DNA of 64,000 nucleotides from a virus (Duplodnaviria; Caudoviricetes): IMG/VR virus record IMGVR_UViG_3300029288_000080, positions 1 to 64,000 of that record; one strand, 5' to 3'. Shown piece by piece: positions 55,608 to 64,000 of this stretch (position 1 is its first letter; each line of letters starts with the position of its first letter). The notes under the pieces were generated by a model. It saw only the letters and a program-made list of their open reading frames with translations, ran no database searches and was not told where the DNA came from. The position numbers and the translations under genes were made by a program.

Positions 55608-58034
55608 GTGTCGGAGTACCGTGTAATGCCCACGCCGCAGCGTCGCAGACATTCGGCCACCCTGTACAAGCTGGTTCGCCATCCTGAGTTTGAGCACGAT
55701 TTGCAGAAAATCGGGCACAATAGCGTGTTGACCAAAATGGTGGTCACGTTTATGCAACTGCAGGACGACCCACGTCCCATGGGGTACATTCAGTTGCGTG
55801 GCTTCCGTCAAGTCTGGTACAGGGTGGTCGTGGGGGATTACCGGCTCGTGTATCAAGTGGACGACACCGCCCACACGGTGTACTTGGCGCTTGCGGTGGA
55901 CCGAAAGCAGGTGTACCCACAATTGAAGCGGCGCATCAAAAACGCCATGCTGCAGTACCGAGGACACCGGTACCGTGTCGCCCAGGTGGAGCGTCGGGCT
56001 GCCAAGATCGTGATGTACCACGGGACCTCTTCGGCCCATTTGCCATCGATCCTGAAGCATGGGCTCAGGGCTGATCCCGGCCACCGTCGGTTCACCCTGG
56101 ACAGTAAAAATTTCGACCCCGAGCACGCAACTTACGGGGGCGCCTATCTGACCCCATGGATCCGGGAAGCCCAGAAGTTTGCTTCTGACGCAGTCGACGA
56201 CCAAACTGGTGCGGACCCACTGCTTTGCGTTGTCCAGGTGGAAACCAGGGCCGAGATGATTGTGCCTGACGAGGACCATTTTATCTCGCTGACCGACCCA
56301 TTCGTTTTGGAAATCCAGTGGGCCCTTGGACCCGACGCCACCATGCTGGATCTGCTCGTGGCGGTTCGAGACGGCACTGTAGACCTGGCTGATTGGGTAG
56401 CCCCGTGGATCGCAGCGCTGAAGAGTGATGAGGGTACCCGCAACATCGTGGTGGATCCTGAAGTATTATTGCGTCACAAAACTGAGATGGTCGGGTTGCT
56501 CGTCCTGATGGTGCAGTACCGGGTGGCCCAGTGGCCCACCCAAGATCCTGCTCGGCAGAAAATCCGTGCTGACCTGGGGGTACCGGATAAGGCCACGGCC
56601 CGTCAGCAGTTTGTTGAGGCGTTGGACCGTTTTTCCCGAAAAATCCAGAGGCTCACGGACCCCCAAGGGGCCAAGAGCAAAAGCGTCAGGTCACTCCAGG
56701 ATATTGGATTCCGCGGGGCCAACCGGATCCTTGGGATTTTGAAGTACAGGCTGGACTGGGATACCCTGGCTGGCGTCGTGGTCATGGGGGAACAGAATCC
56801 CAACGTCTTGGCCGCCGTCAAGGCCCTGTACCCGACCAAACCCTCGATCCAGTGGCAGGACCGCACAGGACAGGTCATTTTCCAGAAGCCCGCGGCCAAG
56901 GCTGCGGCCCGCCTGGCCTACCCTGTTGCTGCCCCCAACTGGGCAATGGAAAAACGTCGTATCACCGCAGCGATCCAGCGGCTCCGTGGAGTCGTCGAGG
57001 CTTGTGCTCCGTTGTTGCGAGATAGCCCCCAGGCAGAAAACATCCGTGATTATCTGGGAAACAACGCGACCGTACACGCCGAGCAAATCGCCGGGGTCCT
57101 GGGCTATTTGGAGAAGCCTACCCGCGGGCTGCTGGAGCGACTGGACCTCGGGGGTACTTTCCACCAGATCCAGGACCATTTGGATCTGTACCGCGAAAAA
57201 ATGGACGTGGTGGACCACGTCGTCCAGGACTACCAAAAAGAGTTGCAGCGTAGTGGTGCCGACGATTACTCTCAGGAAGACCTGGACCACCGGTACAACT
57301 TCACCCAGGACGTTAAACCGATCCTCATGGCCCTGGAGATGGTCCCGGGGATTCTGCAGGATTTTCGTAGATTTATCCAGTATGTCGACACTGATGCTCG
57401 CTACTTTGACCACGCCAACAAGGTGGCCCCGATGGGCGGTCGCCACGATGTAGTCCCGCCTGGTGTTGCTCCGGTCGAGATCATGTGGCACGCCACCACG
57501 GCGTATCGAGAAATCATGTCCGGTGGATTCAAAACCAAAGATGAACTGGGTGGCAAGGCCGCAGGGTTAGGTGGTGCGGTGGAAGGCATTAGTTTCACCG
57601 GGAGCCAGGAAATCGCCGAGGGGATCGCCGCGGCCCTGGTGGACCTGGTGAGGTTGCTCCGGGGTGACCTGACCCGCGAGGCTCTGGAGCAGTACGGGGC
57701 ATCCTTGGGGCTGGACGCCGCTACGGTCACCACGGCCTACCATAATGCTGTAGGTTCCAAAGCCAACCAGAATCCACTGGATGCGTTCAACTTCTACCAG
57801 GCGTTTCAACACATCTTGAGCCAGGCTGGGTATCAAGGACTTCGGTACGACCCGCTATTTTTCGGGATTGACCCAGCGGTCATGGCTCAGGTGGATCCCA
57901 AGAACATCGGGGTCATTGAAGCCAAGATTGACACGACCCAGGCCCATCGGTATCTCCGGTCCATGGAGGAATGGCGGGTGCCGAAATCCGCCATCCTGTC
58001 ATTCGGGCCCGTGGGCTCCCAGGTGCAACCGTGA
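55608..58034 (+). CDS. RelE/ParE-like domain in frame with two ART-fold domains (internal ATG 55947 carries the shared motif)
   Basis: YRVVVGDYRLVYQVDD..VYL..VDRKQVY; MYHGT..GGAYLT; MWHAT..GISFT. Confidence 0.7.
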   Translation: MSEYRVMPTPQRRRHSATLYKLVRHPEFEHDLQKIGHNSVLTKMVVTFMQLQDDPRPMGYIQLRGFRQVWYRVVVGDYRLVYQVDDTAHTVYLALAVDRKQVYPQLKRRIKNAMLQYRGHRYRVAQVERRAAKIVMYHGTSSAHLPSILKHGLRADPGHRRFTLDSKNFDPEHATYGGAYLTPWIREAQKFASDAVDDQTGADPLLCVVQVETRAEMIVPDEDHFISLTDPFVLEIQWALGPDATMLDLLVAVRDGTVDLADWVAPWIAALKSDEGTRNIVVDPEVLLRHKTEMVGLLVLMVQYRVAQWPTQDPARQKIRADLGVPDKATARQQFVEALDRFSRKIQRLTDPQGAKSKSVRSLQDIGFRGANRILGILKYRLDWDTLAGVVVMGEQNPNVLAAVKALYPTKPSIQWQDRTGQVIFQKPAAKAAARLAYPVAAPNWAMEKRRITAAIQRLRGVVEACAPLLRDSPQAENIRDYLGNNATVHAEQIAGVLGYLEKPTRGLLERLDLGGTFHQIQDHLDLYREKMDVVDHVVQDYQKELQRSGADDYSQEDLDHRYNFTQDVKPILMALEMVPGILQDFRRFIQYVDTDARYFDHANKVAPMGGRHDVVPPGVAPVEIMWHATTAYREIMSGGFKTKDELGGKAAGLGGAVEGISFTGSQEIAEGIAAALVDLVRLLRGDLTREALEQYGASLGLDAATVTTAYHNAVGSKANQNPLDAFNFYQAFQHILSQAGYQGLRYDPLFFGIDPAVMAQVDPKNIGVIEAKIDTTQAHRYLRSMEEWRVPKSAILSFGPVGSQVQP

Positions 58035-60052
58035 GCCACGACAAGGCCAACCTGACCTTCATGAACGAAGCGGTGGACCACTACGCTGGCCAGACCAACC
58101 TGGTCCTGACGGCCTACCAAGATCGCGTTGCCGTGGGGTCCATAGAATACACCGAATACCACGGGGTCCCCAGCATCTCGATGGTGACGGTCCGGCCTCA
58201 ATATCGTCGCCAAGGCATCGCGACTCAAATGCTTCGCTGGTTGCAACGGCAATACCCCGATGTCGAAATCGGAGGTCAGGACAACCTGACCGACCTGGGG
58301 GCCCAGTGGAGCCAGAATATTGCCTGGCAGGATCGACCTAATCCACGGTACCAAGAGTTGACCGAAGAAAAGGCCCAGTTGGAAGCCGAGGCCGACCGTT
58401 TAATGGCGGTGTTTGACCAGGGATCGGTGCCTAAAAACCAGTTGAACCAGCTCGGCGACGATATGAACCGGGTGCATGATCGGCTTTATCAGATCGAGGA
58501 GGAACTCCACGGGATGAAACCTGCCCGGCGTATTTTCACCGGGGCCACAGTGGAGCAACTGGACCAGCTATTTCCCCGGGCGGGCAAGCAGGTGGACGGT
58601 CGCGATGTTCGCCTCGGCCCTGTGGACAACACCGGGTCCATCGCGGCGTCGTTCAACGACTACGAAGTGCTGCCCGGTGTTAGAGAAATCCCCATGGGGT
58701 TGTTCGGTGATGCTCTGGACCCCTACAAATCCTACTACGCCAAAAACGATATTGAACGTTGCGAGGAACTGGCCGAAAAGATCAAAGATTCGGGCGAAAT
58801 ATCGCCCCTGATCATCGTGGTGGACCATGAAGGCTCCGAAGCCCCGTACATCCTGGAGGGTGGGCACCGAGGTTCGGCACTCTGGCTCCTGGGGGCCAAG
58901 TCATTCCCGGCTCTGGTTGTGCTGGACCAGGACGAAGTTGAAGACGACGTGGTCAAGACTGCCCAGACGGAACGCCACGCCTACCTATACAGTGCGGCGG
59001 CCAAACGGTACCTGTACCACGTGACCCCGTATCAAAACCTTCAGGATATTGCAGAGTATGGACTAAAGCCCCACACCAGTTACGTGCAAAAAGGCAAGGG
59101 TGTGTACCTCACGGAGGTCGCTGGTCTCCCAGCTTGGTGGCGCTGGGCTTACGACCGGTCTGGGTCCACGGTAGACTCGGTCACGAAAGAACATGTTTTT
59201 CTTGGTGCTGTGGTACTCAGGACCCCACTGCTCAGTCGCGCCGACCAGTTGAAACTGGACAAAATGGGCACTTGCGATGCTGAGGAGGAAGCTACTGCAC
59301 CTAATAATCTGAGAAGGTTTTTCAATCCTGAGCGAGTTCTGCCCAAGCAAACCGCATGTTCTCCAGAACACCAACGGCGTTACAACGAGTTGGTCAAGCA
59401 GTTGACCGACAAGGCCAAGGCATACCGGCACCGTGGGACAGTTCCACCCCAAGACCTACAGGTCTGGACCGGTACCCGCTGGACCAATGTGGTCAACTGG
59501 ACCAACGTGAAAGTCCCGTACAAGATCAAGGATTTGTTTGAATCGTTGGCAGCCAAGACCATGTACGACAAAAAGACTCTGCAGAAAACAGCCGAACCAC
59601 TTTTTGACGAAGGTTTCGTGGGGAACCGCTGGGGCAGCCAAGGTGCCGGCCTGCTCCTGACCACGGGCGAAAAGGTCCTGCTGTTACTCCGGAGCGACGA
59701 GGTCGAGGAACCCGGGACCTGGGGGATTTCTGGCGGGGCGGTCAGGCGTGACTCCGACACGGGCGACTTCCAGGACCTCAAGCAGGCCGCCCTCCAGGAA
59801 GCCCGCGAGGAAATGGGCCGGGTGCCACCCCATCGAATCGTTGGCCAATGGGTCTACCAGGAAGGTCGGTTCCGCTACACCACATTCGTCGGGATGGTTG
59901 ACCCCGAGGTTCTGGATCAATGGGAACCCAGGCTGAATTGGGAAAATGACGATTATGGCTGGTTCACACAAGATGAACTGGCCGACCTGGACCTGCATTT
60001 CGGCGTCGTGGCGCTCCTGGACGCTCGCCCCGATTTGGTATTCAAGGAATAG
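58031..60052 (+). CDS. polyvalent protein: GNAT + ParB-like + ART-fold + Nudix
   Basis: VRPQYRRQGIAT; ILEGGHRG; LYHVT..GLKP..GVYLT; GTWGISGG..AALQEAREEMG. Confidence 0.75.
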   Translation: MSHDKANLTFMNEAVDHYAGQTNLVLTAYQDRVAVGSIEYTEYHGVPSISMVTVRPQYRRQGIATQMLRWLQRQYPDVEIGGQDNLTDLGAQWSQNIAWQDRPNPRYQELTEEKAQLEAEADRLMAVFDQGSVPKNQLNQLGDDMNRVHDRLYQIEEELHGMKPARRIFTGATVEQLDQLFPRAGKQVDGRDVRLGPVDNTGSIAASFNDYEVLPGVREIPMGLFGDALDPYKSYYAKNDIERCEELAEKIKDSGEISPLIIVVDHEGSEAPYILEGGHRGSALWLLGAKSFPALVVLDQDEVEDDVVKTAQTERHAYLYSAAAKRYLYHVTPYQNLQDIAEYGLKPHTSYVQKGKGVYLTEVAGLPAWWRWAYDRSGSTVDSVTKEHVFLGAVVLRTPLLSRADQLKLDKMGTCDAEEEATAPNNLRRFFNPERVLPKQTACSPEHQRRYNELVKQLTDKAKAYRHRGTVPPQDLQVWTGTRWTNVVNWTNVKVPYKIKDLFESLAAKTMYDKKTLQKTAEPLFDEGFVGNRWGSQGAGLLLTTGEKVLLLLRSDEVEEPGTWGISGGAVRRDSDTGDFQDLKQAALQEAREEMGRVPPHRIVGQWVYQEGRFRYTTFVGMVDPEVLDQWEPRLNWENDDYGWFTQDELADLDLHFGVVALLDARPDLVFKE

Positions 60053-60058
60053 GCAATC

Positions 60059-60505
60059 ATGTTGCTGCGATACAAGGGTGCTGTATACCAGGCGGTGAGC
60101 CAGGGTGCTCCTACCAGAACTGCGGCCACTCGACAAGCACGATTCTTTACTGTGGACGAAATGCGTGCTTTTGGTAGGAAGTCTCCCTACAGCGTGAAGA
60201 TTTTGATGAAGGCCAGGGAAGGTTTGCGCCCATTGGGATTTTTAGGCATGACCTGCCAGCAAGAATATTGCTCCACTGACGCTGATTTTGCAGATGAGGC
60301 AACGGCCAAGACTGTCCACTATAAGGCGGCTGGGGTGCTCCACGCCGTGATGAGCCATTACGGCGAAGTCGCGAAGACACAAGATGGCAACAGCGTTGTT
60401 TTGCGCGTGGAGGCATCCGGCGTGGAAGCCACTGTCTCGTGGTCACGGGCCCGCTGTATGTGCGAAAATCCTTGGCATGTCACGGTCGTGTGCTACTGCG
60501 TTTAA
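60059..60505 (+). CDS. hypothetical protein with shared N-terminal motif
   Basis: MLLRYKGAVYQA. Confidence 0.6.
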   Translation: MLLRYKGAVYQAVSQGAPTRTAATRQARFFTVDEMRAFGRKSPYSVKILMKAREGLRPLGFLGMTCQQEYCSTDADFADEATAKTVHYKAAGVLHAVMSHYGEVAKTQDGNSVVLRVEASGVEATVSWSRARCMCENPWHVTVVCYCV

Positions 60506-60531
60506 ACAGTGACAAGAAAGTTGGTGAAGTC

Positions 60532-61392
60532 ATGACCACCACGATCACCTTGGCTATCATGTTGGCGGTTTTCACTGGGGTGTTGTACGGGATTAAACGC
60601 TGGTGGCACCCTGGGGACCCCGCCGATATTCCCTTGGCCCACGTCGCCACCATGGGGATGGTGGCCGGTGTCTTGGCGGTCCTGGTGGGGTTCGGGTTCC
60701 TGTACCTGAGTTTCCAGTCGGCCCCGGTGCACCCGGCTGTCCAGCAAGCAATACAGGTCAAACCTGTGGTGTTCCGAGGGGTCACCCGGCGGGACGTCGT
60801 GGTCCAGTATCCTGGTGTCAGGGTCGTGGTCGACGACAGCGACCCCGGGGCCCCGCCGGTTGAGAATCTGCTGCTCCGGTGTCCTGCTCAAGACATTACC
60901 CACGTGCAACCTGACGGCTCGGTCCAGTGCGTCCAGGAGGGTACCGTAGCCGCCAGGGCGCTGTTGAGCCGGGGCCAAGATCTCCAGGATGTCCGAGATG
61001 CCACTCCATCGGTTCAAATCCAGGGATTCCTAACGACGGCCCCGGCCCAGGTCGCCACCGACGTGGCAGCCAGGAAGCCCATGGACCGGTACGCCGAGGT
61101 CGTCTATTTTGTCCTGACGTTCCTGGGGGTGCTGCTCCGGCTCTACTGGGATGTCGTGCAAGCCCCGAAAACGGGACGACGTCGTGCCACCCTGCTGGCT
61201 CCCCAGACCCTGGTGACCAGTCTCGTGCTGGCCATCGCGACCTATGCCATGATCATCCAGAGTGGCTTGGCCGGGACTAGCGACCTCTTGACGTTCAAGA
61301 CCGGGATTTTTGCTGTGTATAATGGCCTGCTTTCAAAATCTTTCCTGGACTTGGCAACATTGAAAACTGCCGCGACCCCCGCGAACCCGTAG
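60532..61392 (+). CDS. multi-pass membrane protein
   Basis: about five hydrophobic segments. Confidence 0.65.
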   Translation: MTTTITLAIMLAVFTGVLYGIKRWWHPGDPADIPLAHVATMGMVAGVLAVLVGFGFLYLSFQSAPVHPAVQQAIQVKPVVFRGVTRRDVVVQYPGVRVVVDDSDPGAPPVENLLLRCPAQDITHVQPDGSVQCVQEGTVAARALLSRGQDLQDVRDATPSVQIQGFLTTAPAQVATDVAARKPMDRYAEVVYFVLTFLGVLLRLYWDVVQAPKTGRRRATLLAPQTLVTSLVLAIATYAMIIQSGLAGTSDLLTFKTGIFAVYNGLLSKSFLDLATLKTAATPANP

Positions 61393-61417
61393 TAAGTACC
61401 TGGATACGAGGATTACG

Positions 61418-63019
61418 ATGCCACACCAAATTGTTGACCTTCGTGACCCCGCATGGAAACCCGCGAAGAACAGCATATTCTACGGAAGCGCCAGACGCGT
61501 CGAGTGGATGGGATCAGTGGGCAAAACCAAGATCTTTCTTTACCGCTGGGGCAACGGTAACCTCGTAGAATGGCGTGATCTATGCGACCAACTGCACGCT
61601 GACGGCGCTCCAGTGCAGGGTGTTGTACTGACCCGACAAGGTAGACTGATCGTCGAACACAGTATGGGTGACACGTCATGGTCGGGTGCACGTAATCGTT
61701 TTACTGGTGGGTTGCAACATGTTTTATTTCCTCTCCATGAGGCTGGGCTGATCCGCGACACCACCACGGTTTACGCAGGCAACTGGGCGTCAGTGACGGG
61801 ACAGCGTTTGGGCTTGGTCCGTGATTTATTGGCCCATCCCGAAGGATTGCCGGTGCCGAAGCGACTGGTTCTATACCATGGGACCAACAGCAAGGCTGCC
61901 GAGGACATTTTGCACCTTGGCCTCCGGGCCGTGCCGGTGGACCAGCGGGCCTGGAAAGGGGATAGGTTGTCTCAGCATCCCAGCTACCGCCAAGAAGCCG
62001 TGTACCTGACGGTGGACCCCCAGCAAGCGCAATACTACGCCAAGAAAGCTGTCAATGTGGCACGGCGACGTGGATCCCAAGGAGTTAAACCGGTAGTATT
62101 GCGGATAACGATTCCCTCCGGAAGTATTAAAAATCTTCGTCCAGACGACGATTACTTGGCCAAGGTGCAGAAGTCTGAGCAAGACGTGGACTGGCTGGAA
62201 TCACTGAAGTACATGTCGCAAGTGGCTTACCTAGGTAGCATCCCAGCCAATTGGATTAAGGTTGCGTGGGAAGGAGTCAAGGAAGAACAGAAATTGGCTG
62301 GTATTAAACCTACTATGACGATTCCTTCGCTCGACGATCTCCTGGCCCTGATGCATCCCGAGACCCTTGTGGCGGTTCGAGACACGTTGGAGCAGGACGC
62401 ACGGCAACGACGAGAAATCCGTGACCCCACCGAAGCCGAGATCGTCAGGGAAGCAAAACGACTGGCTCTTGAACAAAATCCTGACCTGCCTGGGCGGATC
62501 CGTCAGCGTCGCGATCCTCAAGACCGCACCAGGGCCCTGGTGGAACTGGATCAAGCCGTTGACAACTTGTACCCCGAGGTCCAGGAGGCTTTGACTGCCC
62601 AGCGGGTTGACCAGGCGGTGCACCAGGGATTGCAGGACCGATATGATTTAGCCGTAGAAAATATCCAGGTGATCGACGGCCTGGATTGCTTCCGGGTCAT
62701 GACGTTGTCGAGAGACCAGGACCCAACCGTGCTGTCTCCGCTGGGCATTTTCTGGGCCCATGAGATCGACGGTGCTGGCGATTACTTCGTCACGGACCAC
62801 TCTGCACGTAAGAGCCGCGGTGACGTTACCGTGATGTACCGGGCCAGGATCGATATTCAAGGCGTAGACATCACCAAGACCCTGGTGAACAATCTGATTA
62901 ATCCGCAAGAGACAGAAGTGCAGTTTCGCCCCGGGGCCGACATTTTCGTCTACGAAGTCCTGTGTCTGGAAGGCCAATGTCATGACGATGCCATTGTGGA
63001 CGCTTGGCGAAAATGCTGA
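61418..63019 (+). CDS. multidomain protein with ART-fold (YHGT) domain
   Basis: LYHGTN..ILHLGL..AVYLT..AQYYA..YLGSIPANWI. Confidence 0.7.
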   Translation: MPHQIVDLRDPAWKPAKNSIFYGSARRVEWMGSVGKTKIFLYRWGNGNLVEWRDLCDQLHADGAPVQGVVLTRQGRLIVEHSMGDTSWSGARNRFTGGLQHVLFPLHEAGLIRDTTTVYAGNWASVTGQRLGLVRDLLAHPEGLPVPKRLVLYHGTNSKAAEDILHLGLRAVPVDQRAWKGDRLSQHPSYRQEAVYLTVDPQQAQYYAKKAVNVARRRGSQGVKPVVLRITIPSGSIKNLRPDDDYLAKVQKSEQDVDWLESLKYMSQVAYLGSIPANWIKVAWEGVKEEQKLAGIKPTMTIPSLDDLLALMHPETLVAVRDTLEQDARQRREIRDPTEAEIVREAKRLALEQNPDLPGRIRQRRDPQDRTRALVELDQAVDNLYPEVQEALTAQRVDQAVHQGLQDRYDLAVENIQVIDGLDCFRVMTLSRDQDPTVLSPLGIFWAHEIDGAGDYFVTDHSARKSRGDVTVMYRARIDIQGVDITKTLVNNLINPQETEVQFRPGADIFVYEVLCLEGQCHDDAIVDAWRKC

Positions 63020-63029
63020 TTTATCCTAC

Positions 63030-63039
63030 ACGTTAATAT
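63030..63039 (+). promoter_or_regulatory. candidate late promoter ACGTTAATAT
   Basis: recurrent intergenic motif. Confidence 0.55.
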
Positions 63040-63044
63040 CTATC

Positions 63045-63359
63045 GTGGAAATAAAATTGCCGGACCAACTGGTTCGCGAGCAAGCCATCAGGGCTTCTCG
63101 TGAGTACCTCACCACGTTCGCCAAGATTGTCCAGCAGGTCAGGGAAGTCCTTGCTGATATTCAAGGCCCCGATGAACTTCGTCGATTTGGTGGAGAGTCG
63201 GGTGTCTTGGCCATGACGGCCGAGTCGGTTTTGTCAGAAACTCCATTCAGCGAACAAAATCAGGGTACCTGCCTTGCCTTTTGTTCACTGGCGTCGGTGA
63301 TCAGGCGCGATATTGCCGACGGCACCTTGGCCCAGGCGGTCAAAAAGGAAACAACATGA
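63045..63359 (+). CDS. hypothetical protein
   Basis: GTG just after the motif; ATGA coupling to next gene. Confidence 0.5.
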   Translation: MEIKLPDQLVREQAIRASREYLTTFAKIVQQVREVLADIQGPDELRRFGGESGVLAMTAESVLSETPFSEQNQGTCLAFCSLASVIRRDIADGTLAQAVKKETT

Positions 63360-63646
63360 ATAGAATTATTCGTCACGCTGGACATCTGTACCGGGAAGTC
63401 AAGACCGCTGATGCTGTCCCGGCGGAAGACCCTGTCGAGTTCATGGAGCAACTTGGCGAAAACTACGCCAAGGATTTGGCCCGCCAGGGTCTACGACCAT
63501 CCACCGGTGGCCAGCAGATGGATACTGACAGTTTCAACGCGTTCGAGAATCATTTTGACCGTGAAATGACCGATGAGGAGCACGACGCCTGGTTCACAGG
63601 ATTCAATCGTGCTGCCCAACGGTTGTTCAAAAACCGACATAAATAA
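63356..63646 (+). CDS. small acidic protein with shared N-terminal motif
   Basis: MNRIIRHAGHLYREVKTA; AAGGA SD. Confidence 0.65.
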   Translation: MNRIIRHAGHLYREVKTADAVPAEDPVEFMEQLGENYAKDLARQGLRPSTGGQQMDTDSFNAFENHFDREMTDEEHDAWFTGFNRAAQRLFKNRHK

Positions 63647-63648
63647 TC

Positions 63649-63858
63649 ATGGAAGAAAAAGCCAAAGTCCAGGGAACCATGCGAGTGAATTGTTATGCTG
63701 TCCTCAGCGATTGCGTGGAACGTGGGGTGCAATCCGGTTGGTACCATGCCCACAAGCACACTGACGACCCCGACGAGGAATCCATTCGGCGCCACGTTGT
63801 TGACGATGTCTTGAACGAAATCTGTGAGTACTTCAACTTTGACGATCTTGAGCAATAG
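63649..63858 (+). CDS. hypothetical protein
   Basis: operonic spacing. Confidence 0.55.
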   Translation: MEEKAKVQGTMRVNCYAVLSDCVERGVQSGWYHAHKHTDDPDEESIRRHVVDDVLNEICEYFNFDDLEQ

Positions 63859-64000
63859 GTACTGAAATGCCATTTGATCTTGGGATTGACCCTGGTGCGG
63901 ATCCTGGCCTTGACCCTGTGGTTGATGAACCCGAGGTCAAGACCCCGGCGAAAAACTGGAAAGCCCATGAGTCGGAAATCATCCGGGCGATCCGGGATCA

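Overview
This window looks like a segment of a large (jumbo-type) tailed-phage genome; the host is not identifiable from the sequence. It carries an intein-split terminase large subunit followed by a probable portal gene, ThyX, an SLT lysin, a KamA-family and a second radical-SAM enzyme, Hsp20, an RNA-ligase-like protein, a vWA protein, a truncated orphan Cas3, two TA-like modules, IscB (with omegaRNA) and TnpB elements, several ART-fold/polyvalent proteins, and many small unknown ORFs. I read 32 tRNA genes, one of them with a group I intron. The main candidate for an undescribed system is the minus-strand array of 27 tRNAs (18288 to 12083), interleaved with 4 HNH genes and built like a regulated rrn-style operon. 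A leaderless 52-codon leader ORF samples codons for 25 of the 27 tRNAs and ends on the antiterminator strand of a terminator/antiterminator switch. A boxA-like element follows, and a 21-nt inverted repeat brackets the whole array. I infer a general 'translation-failure' attenuator that switches on a replacement tRNA set. Other notable patterns are a shared N-terminal peptide motif on unrelated cargo proteins (candidate capsid-targeting signal), a recurrent ACGTTAAT promoter-like motif, SD-sequestering hairpins on the HNH genes, and many leaderless sigma70 promoters. All calls were made by eye; no database searches were run.
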